Source: Candidatus Lustribacter sp. (GTDB lineage: Bacteria > Vulcanimicrobiota > Vulcanimicrobiia > Vulcanimicrobiales > Vulcanimicrobiaceae). From it: 64,000 nucleotides of DNA. Position 1 is the stretch's first letter, and every line of letters begins with the position of its first letter. The stretch is taken from assembly GCA_965277805.1 (NCBI GenBank), contig OZ255842.1, positions 2,496,001 to 2,560,000 of the forward strand, in the 5' to 3' direction. The notes under the pieces were generated by a model. The model did no database searches, was not told where the DNA came from, and saw only the letters and a list, made by a program, of their open reading frames with translations. This document shows, in pieces, positions 30,532-41,439 of this stretch. A program made the translations under genes and the position numbers.

Positions 30532-31086
30532 GTGAGTACCGTATACGATGTCCCCGTCAACAAGATCGACGGCACGCCGGCCGCGCTGCGCGACTACGCC
30601 GGCCAAGTCTTGCTGATCGTCAACGTCGCCTCGAAGTGCGGGCTGACGCCGCAGTACGAAGGCCTCGAAAAGCTCTACGAAGCGCAACGCGCGCGCGGCC
30701 TGCAGATCCTCGGCTTTCCCGCCAACAACTTCGGCTCGCAAGAACCGGGCACGAACGCCGAGATCGCGGACTTCTGTTCGCTTTCCTACGGCGTGACGTT
30801 TCCGATGTTCGAGAAGATCTCAGTTGCCGGTGCCGACCGCCATCCGCTCTATAAAGAACTGATCGCGGCGAAGCCGAGCGCGACCGACAAACCCGGCAGC
30901 GACTTCAAGGCCAAGCTGGCCGGCTACGGCGTCAAGCAGAACGACCCGACCGACATTCTGTGGAACTTCGAGAAGTTTCTCATCGGCCGCAACGGCGAAG
31001 TGGTCGCGCGCTTCGCTCCCGACGTCGCCCCCGACGATCCGTTGCTGCTGGCCGCGATCGACGCCGAATTGGCGAAGCCTGCATGA
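30532..31086 (+). CDS. glutathione peroxidase
   Basis: VNVASKCGLTPQY, LGFPANNF, WNFEKFL. Confidence 0.95.
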   Translation: MSTVYDVPVNKIDGTPAALRDYAGQVLLIVNVASKCGLTPQYEGLEKLYEAQRARGLQILGFPANNFGSQEPGTNAEIADFCSLSYGVTFPMFEKISVAGADRHPLYKELIAAKPSATDKPGSDFKAKLAGYGVKQNDPTDILWNFEKFLIGRNGEVVARFAPDVAPDDPLLLAAIDAELAKPA

Positions 31087-32024
31087 CGACCGCGCAGTTC
31101 CCGAGTGAGAAAGCCGGCGGCACGTTTGCCCGTCAAGCCGATGCGTTCGCGAACTGGGTTACGGCCGACGGCAGCTCCGGCTATCCCGCGGCCGCCGGTC
31201 GCTACCATCTCTACGTCTCGCTCGCGTGCCCGTGGGCACATCGCACGGTGATCGTGCGCAAGCTCAAGGGCCTTGAAGATGCGATCGGGATGACGGTCGT
31301 CGATCCGATCCGTGACGAGCGCGGCTGGGCCTTTCACGACGGGCCGGACATGGGACTCGACCCCGTCAACGGTTTCAAGTTTCTCTCCGAGGCGTATCTC
31401 GCCACCGACCCGACCTATAAGGCGCGCGTCACCGTCCCCGCATTGTGGGACAAAGAAACGAAGCGCGTCGTCAGCAACAACGACGACGACATTATGCGTA
31501 TGTTCGAGCTCGAGTTCGACGCGTTTGCGCGCCACAACGACCTCGACTTCTATCCGGAAGAGCATCGAAGCGCGATCGACGCGCTCAACGCTGAAATCTA
31601 CGAGAGCGTCAACAACGGCGTCTATCGCGCCGGATTTGCCACCGTGCAGAGCGCGTACGAAAAAGCTGCACAGGGCGTTTTCAACGAGCTCGATCGCTTG
31701 GAAGCGCGGCTCGCGAACAGCCGGTACCTACTGGGCGCGTCGCCGGTTGAAACCGACTGGCGGCTGTTTGTCACGTTGATCCGGTTCGATGCGGTCTACT
31801 TCGGGCATTTCAAATGCAACCTCCGGCGGATCGTAGACTACCCCAACCTATGGGGCTATCTACGCGACCTCTACCAATTTCGGGACGTCGCCTCGACCGT
31901 GAACTTCGATCACATCAAACGCCACTATTACATGACGCACGATGCGGTCAATCCGACGCGCATCGTCCCGATCGGACCGCTTCTCGACCTGACCGCACCC
32001 CACGGCCGAGAAGCGATGTCCTAG
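31083..32024 (+). CDS. glutathionyl-hydroquinone reductase (YqjG-like, Xi-class GST)
   Basis: YVSLACPWAHR, TVPALWD, NNGVYRAGFA, FDAVYFGHFKCN, HIKRHYY. Confidence 0.93.
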   Translation: MTTAQFPSEKAGGTFARQADAFANWVTADGSSGYPAAAGRYHLYVSLACPWAHRTVIVRKLKGLEDAIGMTVVDPIRDERGWAFHDGPDMGLDPVNGFKFLSEAYLATDPTYKARVTVPALWDKETKRVVSNNDDDIMRMFELEFDAFARHNDLDFYPEEHRSAIDALNAEIYESVNNGVYRAGFATVQSAYEKAAQGVFNELDRLEARLANSRYLLGASPVETDWRLFVTLIRFDAVYFGHFKCNLRRIVDYPNLWGYLRDLYQFRDVASTVNFDHIKRHYYMTHDAVNPTRIVPIGPLLDLTAPHGREAMS

Positions 32025-32030
32025 CCTAGC

Positions 32031-32474
32031 CTACGAGTTTTTGTCCATCACGACTTTGCCGCTGAGCTCTTCGACACGATCGACGTCGATGAGCACGCCG
32101 ACGCCGGACTTGTCTTTGTCGCGCGACTGTTCGGTCGCGTTGGTCTTTTCCCAGACCTTCTCGCGCTCCGGCCCATCCTTGACGATACGGGCCGTGCCGT
32201 ACACGCGGAACGCGCCGCCGCCGTAGGGGATGTCTTTCATGCGCGCGGCGTTGCGATAATACACCACGACCTTCGGGTTGGCGGCGAGATTGTGTTCGGT
32301 CGAACGATGGCTGCGTTCCCAGAACGACAACGTGTGATCGTCGAAGACCGCGATGCTGCCCTTCGGGCTGATCTGCGGTGTGCCGTCGGCACCGACGGTG
32401 CCCAGCAGCGCTTCGTGCCCTTCGGCCAGCGCGGTGTCATACAATTCAGCAATGAGCGGCGTTAGTTTAATCAT
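32031..32474 (-). CDS. pyridoxamine 5'-phosphate oxidase-like split-barrel protein
   Basis: GTVGADGTPQISPKGS, NLAANPKV. Confidence 0.8.
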   Translation of the reverse strand: MIKLTPLIAELYDTALAEGHEALLGTVGADGTPQISPKGSIAVFDDHTLSFWERSHRSTEHNLAANPKVVVYYRNAARMKDIPYGGGAFRVYGTARIVKDGPEREKVWEKTNATEQSRDKDKSGVGVLIDVDRVEELSGKVVMDKNS

Positions 32475-32850
32475 CGTGCCGGACTATATGACCGGCGGCT
32501 GCGAGCACCTTTTTCGCCTCCGCTAAGCGATCTTCGCGCACCAGGATGTGGTCGGTGTCGTAGGTCGAGATCCCGAAGATCGAGATGCCGGCTTCCGCGA
32601 GCGGCGCGGCCAGCGATGCGACGATTCCGGTCAGCGTGAAATCGAGCGTGCCCACGACGGCGAGCGCGCGGAAGCCGCGCTGCACTTCGGTGTGCGTCGA
32701 CGGGACGGCATCGTCGCGGCAGACGATCGAGAGCTCCCGCGGAGTGCGAACGACGGCGAGGAAATCTCGGCCCGCAACCCACGGCGGCACCGGAGCATCG
32801 GCTGCCAGCCGGGCCAGCGCCAAGGTCTCGTCGAGCACGTGCAGTTCCAC
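32467..32850 (-). CDS. ACT domain protein (ACT_7/CASTOR-like)
   Basis: RTPRELSIVC, LDFTLTGIVA, GISIFGISTYDTDHILV. Confidence 0.88.
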   Translation of the reverse strand: MELHVLDETLALARLAADAPVPPWVAGRDFLAVVRTPRELSIVCRDDAVPSTHTEVQRGFRALAVVGTLDFTLTGIVASLAAPLAEAGISIFGISTYDTDHILVREDRLAEAKKVLAAAGHIVRHDD

Positions 32851-32860
32851 CCGGTCTCCT

Positions 32861-33985
32861 CTAAACGAGCGCGGCGCTGGCGATGCGCGCGAGGCCCTCG
32901 CGGAAGGCGTCGATCGGCGCCACCCAACTGAGCCGCAGCCACCCTTCGAGCGTTGCGCCGAAGATGGAACCGGGGATCGTGACGACGTCGTGCTCCTGCA
33001 CGAGGCGCATCGCGGAGGCCACCGAGTCGCTGAAGTCGGGCAACTTCACGCAGGCGTAAAATGCACCGTCGGGTTCGATGAACTGCAGACCGGATTCGCG
33101 CAGCGCCGCTAACACGGCCGTGCGCTGCGTGCGATACCACGCGGCATGTTCGGCAAGCGCACCCGGTTCGCTGAAGATGCTCTGCGCGACGCGCTGCCCG
33201 AAGGTGTTCGCCGCGGTGACGATCCACGCGTGCACCTTGCTCAACTCATCGCACAGCGGCGCGGGCGCGATCGTCCAGCCGATGCGTAAGCCGGTGAGCG
33301 CGTTGGACTTCGAGAGACCGTTGATCGCAATCGTGTAGGGATAGAGCTCGGCGAACGAACCGGCGTCTTCGACATACGTCAGTTCGCGATAGAGTTCGTC
33401 GAAGAGCACCCACACCGGTTCGCCCGCACGCGCGAGCAGCGCATCGGCCAGCTGCTGCGCTGCGGCGCGCGTGATGACGCGCCCGGTCGGGTTCGACGGC
33501 GAACCGATGATCACGAGCCGCGTCTTCGGCGAGAGCGCGGCGACGATCGCATCGGCGTCATACGAAAAGCCGGTGCTCTCGGGCATCCCGACCGAGCGGA
33601 CGGGGATGCCTTCGAGCTGCGCGATCTTCGCGTAGGCCGTATAGGCCGGCTCGACCAGCAAGACTTCGTCGCGCTCGGGATCGAGCAACGTCTTGATCGC
33701 GACGTACATCGCTTCTTCCGAACCGCTCGTGATGCACACGTTGCGCGCGTCCGAGCGGCCGGGATAGGCGTAGTGCTGCGCGATCAGCGTGCGCAATTCG
33801 AGCGCGCCCGGATTGAGCGTGTACTTCATACCGCGCTCGGCCGTTTCTCGGGCCGCCGCGTCGATGAACCGCTGCTGCGGAAACAGCGTCGGTTCGCCGA
33901 GCCCGAGGTCGATCGACGTCGGGCGTTTGAGCGCGGCCATCGCGCGAATTTGCGACGGCTCGATCGCCGCAAGTTTCGGATTCAC
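32861..33985 (-). CDS. class I/II PLP aminotransferase (possibly DapC-like)
   Basis: LGLGEP, PSNPTG, DELY, SKSNALTGLRIG, GAFY; follows dapD. Confidence 0.88.
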   Translation of the reverse strand: MNPKLAAIEPSQIRAMAALKRPTSIDLGLGEPTLFPQQRFIDAAARETAERGMKYTLNPGALELRTLIAQHYAYPGRSDARNVCITSGSEEAMYVAIKTLLDPERDEVLLVEPAYTAYAKIAQLEGIPVRSVGMPESTGFSYDADAIVAALSPKTRLVIIGSPSNPTGRVITRAAAQQLADALLARAGEPVWVLFDELYRELTYVEDAGSFAELYPYTIAINGLSKSNALTGLRIGWTIAPAPLCDELSKVHAWIVTAANTFGQRVAQSIFSEPGALAEHAAWYRTQRTAVLAALRESGLQFIEPDGAFYACVKLPDFSDSVASAMRLVQEHDVVTIPGSIFGATLEGWLRLSWVAPIDAFREGLARIASAALV

Positions 33986-33990
33986 CGTCT

Positions 33991-34019
33991 TGTCATCCCG
34001 AGCTTGTCGAGGGATGACA
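33991..34019. repeat. REP-like palindrome
   Basis: TGTCATCCCGAGCTTGTCGAGGGATGACA (9-bp terminal stem). Confidence 0.75.
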
Positions 34020-34023
34020 TATC

Positions 34024-34878
34024 CTAGACGGCGACCTCGTAGTCGCGCAACACGGCGTTGAGCGAGGTTTTCATGTCGGTCGATTCGCTGCGCGTGCCGA
34101 TCACGAGCGCGACCGGGACGCCGTACTGCCCGGCCGGGAACGTCTTGGGCATACTTCCCGGAATCACGACCGAGCGCGGCTCAACGTACCCCTTGGTGAT
34201 CACCGGTTCGTTGCCGCGCACGTCGACGATCGACGTCGACGCGGTGATGACGGTGCCGGCACCGAGCACGGCTCCGGTTCCGATGCGCACGCCTTCGACC
34301 ACGATGCAGCGCGAACCGATGAACGCGCCGTCTTCGACGATTACCGGCGAAGCTTGCGCGGGTTCGAGCACGCCGCCGATGCCGACGCCGCCGGCGAGAT
34401 GAACGTTCTTGCCGATCTGCGCGCACGAACCGACCGTCGCCCACGTGTCGACCATCGAGCCCTCGTCGACGTACGCGCCGATGTTGACGAAACCGGGCAT
34501 CAGGATTGCGCCGCGCCCAAGGAAACTTCCGTAGCGCGCAATCCCGCCCGGAACGCAGCGCACGCCGAGCTTCTTGTAATTGCGCTTGGTCGGCACTTTG
34601 TCGAAGTACGTCGGCGAGAACTCGCGCACGCCCGGCGCATCCTTTTGCGCGCAGTCCGGACCGACGTGTTCGCTGTCCATGCGCGCGAAGTAGAGCAAGA
34701 TCGCGTGCTTGATCCACGCATGTGTGATCCAGCTCTCTCCGTTGAACTCCGCAACGCGCAAGTGGCCTTCGTCCAGTGCCTCAATGACCTCGTCGACCGC
34801 CTTGCCCTTCTTCCCCTTAACGTTAGTCGGATCGGCGACCAGCGCTTCGATCCGAGCCTGTAACTCTGAAACATCCAT
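34024..34878 (-). CDS. dapD: tetrahydrodipicolinate N-succinyltransferase
   Basis: [41 protein letters not shown]. Confidence 0.95.
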   Translation of the reverse strand: MDVSELQARIEALVADPTNVKGKKGKAVDEVIEALDEGHLRVAEFNGESWITHAWIKHAILLYFARMDSEHVGPDCAQKDAPGVREFSPTYFDKVPTKRNYKKLGVRCVPGGIARYGSFLGRGAILMPGFVNIGAYVDEGSMVDTWATVGSCAQIGKNVHLAGGVGIGGVLEPAQASPVIVEDGAFIGSRCIVVEGVRIGTGAVLGAGTVITASTSIVDVRGNEPVITKGYVEPRSVVIPGSMPKTFPAGQYGVPVALVIGTRSESTDMKTSLNAVLRDYEVAV

Positions 34879-34979
34879 CTCGACGCCTCTTCGGTCCGCA
34901 AGAGACGGTTCCCAGGGAAGAACGGTTGGGGTTCCGGCGAATCTTGTTGTTCCGGCTCCGCGCTTACTTCTGGAGATGT

Positions 34980-36971
34980 ATGGCCAACACGGCTGACGAC
35001 GAAAAACGTATCAACACCATCCGCTTCCTGGCCGTTGATGCGGTCCAGAAAGCGAACTCGGGCCACCCCGGCATGCCGCTGGGAGCGGCCGCCGCGGCGT
35101 ACACCCTCTGGTCGCGCCACATGCAGATGGACCCGGCCGACCCCAAGTGGTTCAATCGCGACCGCTTCGTCCTCAGCGCCGGTCACGCATCGGCCTTACT
35201 CTACGCGCTGCTGCACCTCTTCGGCTACGACCTGACGATCGACGATCTCAAATCGTTTCGTCAGCTGGGCAGCCGGACGCCGGGTCACCCGGAGTACCAC
35301 CACACCGCGGGCGTGGAGGTCACGACCGGCCCGCTGGGTCAGGGATTCGGCAACGCGGTGGGTCTGGCGATCGCGCAGGCACAGGTCGCGGCCACCTACT
35401 CGGCCGGCGGCAGCCTCTTCGACCATTACACCTACGTGATGGCCGGCGACGGCGACATGATGGAAGGCGTAGCCAGCGAGGCTGCTTCACTCGCCGGTCA
35501 CTTGCAACTCGGCAAGCTGATTTGTCTCTACGACGACAACAAGATCTCGCTCGCCGCACCGACGTCGGTCACGTTTACCGAAGACGTCGGCAAGCGCTTC
35601 GAAGCCTACGGTTGGCACATCCAGCACATCGATGAAGCGCACGCCAACGACGTCGACGTCATCGACGCGGCGATCAAGAAGGCGAAAGGCGAGTCGAACA
35701 AGCCGTCGATCATCTTGATTCATTCGACGATCGGCTACGCCTCGCCGAAGGCCGGCACGTTCGGGGCGCACGGCGAGCCGCTCGGCGCCGACAACGTCGC
35801 CAAGACAAAGGAAACCTTAGGCTGGCCGGTCGAGCCGGCGTTCCTCATCCCCGATGACGTTGCCAAGTACTTCGGCGAACGCAAAGCCGCCGGTGCGAAA
35901 GCGCACGCGGAGTGGGACGCGGTCTATACGGATTGGAAGCGCGCCAACGCGGATCTGGCCAAACAGTTCGAGCGCGCGCGCGACGGCAAATTGCCCGACG
36001 ATCTTCCCTGGCCCACGTTCAACGAAGAAAACGGCAGCGTCGCCTCGCGTGACGCGGGCGGCGTGGTGATGAACGCGATCGCCAAGGCGCTTCCCGAACT
36101 GATCGGCGGTTCGGCCGACCTCGATCCGTCGACGAAGACCTACCTCAAGGGCTTCGGCGATTTCCAGCCCGGAACGTACGGCGGGCGCAACGTGCACTTC
36201 GGCGTGCGCGAGCACACGATGGCCGCTGCGACCAACGGCATGGCCGCGCATGGCGCCATCTTGCCGTTCTGCGCGACGTTCTTCAACTTCCTCGACTACT
36301 GCAAACCGGCGCTTCGGCTCGCCGCGCTCAACCTGATGCGCACCATCTACGTGTTCACCCACGACTCCGTGTTCTTGGGCGAAGACGGTCCGACGCATCA
36401 GCCGATCGAGCAGCTCGCAATGCTGCGCGCGACACCCAACGTCATCGATCTGCGGCCGGCCGACGCTCTCGAAACGCTCGAGGCGTGGAAGTACGCAGTA
36501 CAGCCGGGAACGGGACCGTCGGTCATCGTGCTCTCGCGCCAGAAGCTGCCGTATCTCGGCGACCGCAAAGCCGACGTCGCGCGAGGCGCCTACATTCTCG
36601 ATGAGCCGGCCGGGACGCCCGACCTGATCCTCATCGCGAGCGGTTCGGAAGTGCAGCTCGCGCGCGCAGCAGCGAAACTGCTGGCGGCGAAGGGCACGAA
36701 GGCGCGCGTCGTTTCGATGCCGTCGTTCCACCTCTTCGATAAACAAGATGCCGCATATCGCGAGTCGGTGCTGCCGGCTGCGATCAAGGCGCGCGTCTCG
36801 ATCGAAGCTGCCAGCACGTTCGGCTGGCACAAATATGTCGGCGATCGTGGCCTCGCGTACGGGCTCGATCACTTCGGCACGTCGGCCCCAGCGCCGGCGA
36901 TTGAAAAAGAGTACGGCTTCACCCCCGAACACATCGCCGACGTCGCAACAGGCCTCTTGGCCGGCGTCTGA
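34980..36971 (+). CDS. tkt: transketolase
   Basis: [48 protein letters not shown]. Confidence 0.98.
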   Translation: MANTADDEKRINTIRFLAVDAVQKANSGHPGMPLGAAAAAYTLWSRHMQMDPADPKWFNRDRFVLSAGHASALLYALLHLFGYDLTIDDLKSFRQLGSRTPGHPEYHHTAGVEVTTGPLGQGFGNAVGLAIAQAQVAATYSAGGSLFDHYTYVMAGDGDMMEGVASEAASLAGHLQLGKLICLYDDNKISLAAPTSVTFTEDVGKRFEAYGWHIQHIDEAHANDVDVIDAAIKKAKGESNKPSIILIHSTIGYASPKAGTFGAHGEPLGADNVAKTKETLGWPVEPAFLIPDDVAKYFGERKAAGAKAHAEWDAVYTDWKRANADLAKQFERARDGKLPDDLPWPTFNEENGSVASRDAGGVVMNAIAKALPELIGGSADLDPSTKTYLKGFGDFQPGTYGGRNVHFGVREHTMAAATNGMAAHGAILPFCATFFNFLDYCKPALRLAALNLMRTIYVFTHDSVFLGEDGPTHQPIEQLAMLRATPNVIDLRPADALETLEAWKYAVQPGTGPSVIVLSRQKLPYLGDRKADVARGAYILDEPAGTPDLILIASGSEVQLARAAAKLLAAKGTKARVVSMPSFHLFDKQDAAYRESVLPAAIKARVSIEAASTFGWHKYVGDRGLAYGLDHFGTSAPAPAIEKEYGFTPEHIADVATGLLAGV

Positions 36972-36992
36972 TTTTCCGCAAAGGATCGCATC

Positions 36993-38120
36993 ATGGGTAA
37001 CCAACTCCGAGAACTCTCCGCTGCGGGTCAGAGCGTCTGGCTCGATAACATCAAACGCTCGATGTTCGCTTCGGGCGATCTGCAGAAGCTCATCGATCTC
37101 GGCCTGCGCGGCCAGACGTCCAATCCAACGATCTTCGAGCACGCGATCGGTGCGGGTACCGATTACGACGAGCAGCTCAAGACGCTGGCCGCCAGCGAAC
37201 ACGACCCGCAGAACCTCTTCGAAGCGCTGGCGATCCAAGACATTCGCAGCGCGTGCGACCTCTTCGCGCCGGTCTACAAGAGCACGAACGCGCTCGACGG
37301 TTACGTGTCGCTTGAGGTATCGCCCGCGCTCGCGCACGATACGAAGGCCACCACCGAGGCGGCTCTGCGCTTGTGGAAAGCCGTCGATCGGCCGAACGTG
37401 ATGATCAAGATTCCCGGCACGCCCGAGTGCTTGGCGTCCATCCGCGCCTCGATCGCTGCCGGCGTCAACATCAACGTGACGCTGCTGTTCTCGGTCGACC
37501 AGTACGCCGCCGCGGCCAATGCCTACATCGACGGCCTCGAAGATCGCGTCAAAGCCGGTCAGCCGATCGATGGAGTCGCTTCGGTGGCGAGCGTCTTCGT
37601 CTCGCGCATCGACACGATGATCGACAAGATGCTCGACGAACGCATCGCCAAGGGCGAGAAGCTCGAAGACCTCAAGGGCAAGGCGGGCATCGCGAACCTG
37701 AAACTGACGTACGCGAAGTTCGAAGAGCTCTTCCACGGCACGCGCTTTGCCACGCTGAAAGCCAAGGGCGCGAAGGTTCAGCGTCCGCTCTGGGCCAGCA
37801 CCTCGACCAAGAACCCGAAGTACGACGATCTGATGTACGTCGTCAACGTCGTCGGCGCGGACACCGTCAACACGATGCCGCCGGCCACGATCGACGCGCT
37901 GCTGGATCACGGCGTGATCAAACCCGACACGATCCATCAGGACGTTCCGGGCGCGAAAGCGCTGATCGCGGAGCTGGCCGCCAAGGGCATTTCGCTGCAC
38001 GACGTCACCGAGCAGCTGGTTGCCGACGGCGTGAAATCGTTCGCGCAGTCGTTCAAAGACATGCTCGACGCAATTCAAGCCAAACACGAAGCCCTGGCCG
38101 CGAAAGCCGAGGCCAAGTGA
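36993..38120 (+). CDS. tal: transaldolase
   Basis: GQSVWLD, TSNPTIF, MIKIP, NVTLLFS, LWASTSTK. Confidence 0.96.
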   Translation: MGNQLRELSAAGQSVWLDNIKRSMFASGDLQKLIDLGLRGQTSNPTIFEHAIGAGTDYDEQLKTLAASEHDPQNLFEALAIQDIRSACDLFAPVYKSTNALDGYVSLEVSPALAHDTKATTEAALRLWKAVDRPNVMIKIPGTPECLASIRASIAAGVNINVTLLFSVDQYAAAANAYIDGLEDRVKAGQPIDGVASVASVFVSRIDTMIDKMLDERIAKGEKLEDLKGKAGIANLKLTYAKFEELFHGTRFATLKAKGAKVQRPLWASTSTKNPKYDDLMYVVNVVGADTVNTMPPATIDALLDHGVIKPDTIHQDVPGAKALIAELAAKGISLHDVTEQLVADGVKSFAQSFKDMLDAIQAKHEALAAKAEAK

Positions 38121-39685
38121 CGCAAACGGTCGCTGCGACCAACGGCGTCCCCGGGGGCGACGTCAACCCGCTGCGCGCGGGCGTCGCCTCCAGCCGCATC
38201 ACCGAACCGTGCAACGTCGTGTTCTTCGGCGCGAGCGGCGATCTCGTCAAGCGCATGCTGATGCCGGCGATGTACAATCTCCGGCTCGAAGACATACTGC
38301 CGGCGAACTACGGGATTCTCGGATTCTCGCGCTGCGAATGGCAGACGGCGGAGTTCCGCGCCAGTATGCGCAAGTCGATCGACGAGTTCTCGCGTTCCGG
38401 GCCGGCCAAAGATCCGCTCTGGACCGATTTCGCCAAGCGCCTCTCCTTCGTCAACGGCTCGTTCGACGATCCGGAAGCCTTCAAGCAACTCCGCCGGCAG
38501 CTCGAAAACAACGATGCGACGCTCGGTACCGGCGGCAACCGTCTGTACTACCTCTCGACGCCGCCCTCGCTCTTCGGCACGATCATCGACCGGCTCGACG
38601 AAGCCGGGCTCGGACCGCGCGACAACAAGGCGGGCTGGACGCGCATCATCATCGAGAAGCCGTTCGGCACCGATCTCGAGTCGGCGCGGGCGTTGCAAGC
38701 CGAAGTCAACAAGGTCTTCGACGAGAAGGCCGTCTACCGCATCGACCACTACCTCGGCAAAGAGCCGGTGCAAGACATCATGGCGCTGCGCTTCGCAAAC
38801 GTGATCTTCGAGCCGCTCTGGAACCGGCGCTACATCGAGCACGTCCAGATCACGGCGACGGAAACGGTCGGCGTCGAAGAACGCGGCGGCTATTACGACA
38901 ACGCCGGCGCGCTGCGCGACATGATTCAGAACCACGTCATGAACTTGCTCGCGCTGGTTGCGATGGAGCCGCCGGTGTCGCCGACGGCCGACAACATCCG
39001 CGATGAGAAGTTTAAGGTGCTATCGGCGCTGCGGCCGATGGACCGCTCGCGCATCATGCTCGACACCGCCCGGGGTCAATACGGACCGGGCGCCATCGGC
39101 GGCAAGCCCGTCCCCGGCTATCGCGAAGAACCCAACGTCAACCCGAAGTCGAACACGGAGACCTACGCAGCGGTCAAGCTTTTCATCGACAACTGGCGCT
39201 GGGCCGATGTCCCGTTCTTCCTGCGCAGCGGCAAACGCATGGCGCGCAAGAACTCCGAAATCGCGATTCGCTTCAAGGGCATCCCGCACAAGCTCTTCGG
39301 CGAAGCCGGCGACTCGATCGACAACAACGTACTCGTCATGAAGATCCAGCCCGAAGAGGGCGTCTCGCTGCGTTTCTCGGCCAAAGTTCCCGGGCCGAAG
39401 ATGCACATCCGCGCGGTCTCGATGGACTTCAACTACGGCACGGGCTTCGGCGTGGTGTCGGCGCCCGCATACGAGCGTCTGATCGGCGATGCGATGCGCG
39501 GCGACGCCACGTTATTCACGCGCTGGGACGCGGTACAGCAAGCGTGGGAGCAAGTCATGCCGATCCTCGAGACGTGGCAATCCACCATCGACGAAACGTT
39601 TCCGAATTATGCCGCCGGATCGCAAGGCCCGGCGTCCTCCGACCGGATGCTCGCAGCCCACGGAGCGGAATGGAGGAAGATATGA
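38117..39685 (+). CDS. zwf: glucose-6-phosphate 1-dehydrogenase
   Basis: FGASGDL, EKPFG, RIDHYLGKE, RDMIQNH. Confidence 0.97.
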   Translation: MTQTVAATNGVPGGDVNPLRAGVASSRITEPCNVVFFGASGDLVKRMLMPAMYNLRLEDILPANYGILGFSRCEWQTAEFRASMRKSIDEFSRSGPAKDPLWTDFAKRLSFVNGSFDDPEAFKQLRRQLENNDATLGTGGNRLYYLSTPPSLFGTIIDRLDEAGLGPRDNKAGWTRIIIEKPFGTDLESARALQAEVNKVFDEKAVYRIDHYLGKEPVQDIMALRFANVIFEPLWNRRYIEHVQITATETVGVEERGGYYDNAGALRDMIQNHVMNLLALVAMEPPVSPTADNIRDEKFKVLSALRPMDRSRIMLDTARGQYGPGAIGGKPVPGYREEPNVNPKSNTETYAAVKLFIDNWRWADVPFFLRSGKRMARKNSEIAIRFKGIPHKLFGEAGDSIDNNVLVMKIQPEEGVSLRFSAKVPGPKMHIRAVSMDFNYGTGFGVVSAPAYERLIGDAMRGDATLFTRWDAVQQAWEQVMPILETWQSTIDETFPNYAAGSQGPASSDRMLAAHGAEWRKI

Positions 39686-40680
39686 CCCCACCTGCTATCC
39701 CGACCGGCGACATCGCTCTGATCCGCAGCGAGCTGGCGCGCGCCAAGCCGCACATTACCACGATGAACTTCATCGTGTGGATCGATCGAGAGAGCAACCG
39801 CGATTGGGTATTGCAGCGGGCCATCAAGATCTCCGAAAAACATCCGTCTCGAACGATCGTCCTCGATGCGAGCCCGGGCCGCATCGGCGCCCACGTGCGG
39901 CCGCTCGATCCAAACGACCCCGCGCAGCAGAGCGCCTTCATCGACATCGGCGTCGCCGGCATCTCGCCGAAGGAGGCGTGCGAGCTCGCCACCTCGCTCG
40001 CCGTTCCCGACGTGCTGACCGTGCTGTGCTGGAGCGCCGAAACGCTCGATGAGAACACCGCGTTCCGCTGCTTCTTCGCCGGCGGCGAACTGCCGGTGGC
40101 CGTCGTCGACTCCTCGCTCGGCGTGCGCGATGCCTCAACGATTCTCGAGGTCGCCAAGTTCTACAACGAACATCCCGGCGTCTCGCTGCGTGACCTGGCG
40201 TGGATGCGTTTGCACCTTTGGCAAGACATCATCGCGCACTTCTTCGACGATCCGGCGCTGCGCGAGGAGCTCTTTTCCATCCGTAAGCTGCGTATCGTGG
40301 CCGGCTCCGACGCCGAAGCGCTCTATCTGGGCGGCTGGCTCGGGAGCCGGCTCGGCTGGAGCGCGACGGCGCACGATGAGTTCGCCGACCGCAACGGTCA
40401 TCACATCGCGTTCGAACACGAGCGCGGCGGGCAAGCGCGGCGCGTCTACAGCGTCGCCCTCACCACGGCCACGTCGGTCTATGAGGGCAGTGTCGACGAA
40501 AAAGATCCGTCGATAGTACGCGTATGGGTCGAAGGCGCGAACGCGCGCGAAGTGCGGCTCGTACCGGTCAAGGCGATCGATACGGCATCGCTGGTCGAAC
40601 GCGCGGCACTCGAGGAACCGGGCACCGACGAGATCTTCGAGCGGGCGCTGCGCATGGTACCGACGCTGATGGCGGGCTAA
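39682..40680 (+). CDS. opcA: G6PD assembly/effector protein OpcA
   Basis: HPSR, VVDS, DLAWMRL, GWLGSRLGW; lies between zwf and pgl. Confidence 0.88.
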   Translation: MTPPAIPTGDIALIRSELARAKPHITTMNFIVWIDRESNRDWVLQRAIKISEKHPSRTIVLDASPGRIGAHVRPLDPNDPAQQSAFIDIGVAGISPKEACELATSLAVPDVLTVLCWSAETLDENTAFRCFFAGGELPVAVVDSSLGVRDASTILEVAKFYNEHPGVSLRDLAWMRLHLWQDIIAHFFDDPALREELFSIRKLRIVAGSDAEALYLGGWLGSRLGWSATAHDEFADRNGHHIAFEHERGGQARRVYSVALTTATSVYEGSVDEKDPSIVRVWVEGANAREVRLVPVKAIDTASLVERAALEEPGTDEIFERALRMVPTLMAG

Positions 40681-40683
40681 CAG

Positions 40684-41439
40684 ATGCCCGTCAACGTCGC
40701 GATCGAAATTCTGCCCGATGAGCAGCACTTGGCCGAAGCCGCCGCCGACCGTTTCATCGGCATCGTCGAAACGGCACTGCGCTATCGCCAGATCGCCGAC
40801 GTTGCGCTGGCCGGCGGTTCGACGCCCAAAGCGATGAACGCGCTGCTCGCCGGCTCGCCGCGCCGTGGCCACGTTGCGTGGGATCGCGTACGCTTCTTCT
40901 TCGGCGACGAACGCACCGTGCCGCCCGACGACCCCGAGTCGAACTATCGCATGACGCGCGAAACGCTCTTCGATCCGCTCGGCATCCCCGCCGACCACAT
41001 CTTCCGCATCCACGGCGAAGACGATCCGCAGGCGGCCGCCGAAGCGTACGCCCAAGTGCTCGTGCGCGAACTCGGTTCGCGGCCGCGCTTCGATCTGCTC
41101 TACCTCGGCATGGGTCCGGACGGCCACACCGCGTCGATCTTCCCCGGCACCTACTCCCGCATCGACGATACGAAGCTGGTGGTCGCGAACTGGGTCGAAC
41201 AATTCAAGACCTGGCGCATCACGCTCACGCCGCACGTCATCAACGATGCCACGCACGTCGTGATCACGGCCGGCGGCAGCGCCAAGGCCGACGCCCTACA
41301 CGCAGTGCTCGACGGCCCGCACGATCCGGACAAGTATCCGGTGCAGCTCGTCGCCCCGACGGACGGCGAGCTGCATTGGCTTATTGATGAAGCGGCGGCG
41401 GCGAAACTTGCGCGTCGGGCGGGAGCGGCAGGACGCTAG
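40684..41439 (+). CDS. pgl: 6-phosphogluconolactonase
   Basis: LAGGSTP, FGDERTVP, SNY, LGMGPDGHTASIFP. Confidence 0.96.
   Translation: MPVNVAIEILPDEQHLAEAAADRFIGIVETALRYRQIADVALAGGSTPKAMNALLAGSPRRGHVAWDRVRFFFGDERTVPPDDPESNYRMTRETLFDPLGIPADHIFRIHGEDDPQAAAEAYAQVLVRELGSRPRFDLLYLGMGPDGHTASIFPGTYSRIDDTKLVVANWVEQFKTWRITLTPHVINDATHVVITAGGSAKADALHAVLDGPHDPDKYPVQLVAPTDGELHWLIDEAAAAKLARRAGAAGR

Noticed and set aside
35817-38087. Long antisense ORFs (756 aa here; also 24413-26107, 3903-5369 and others)
   Set aside because: Shadow frames of well-supported genes, typical of high-GC DNA
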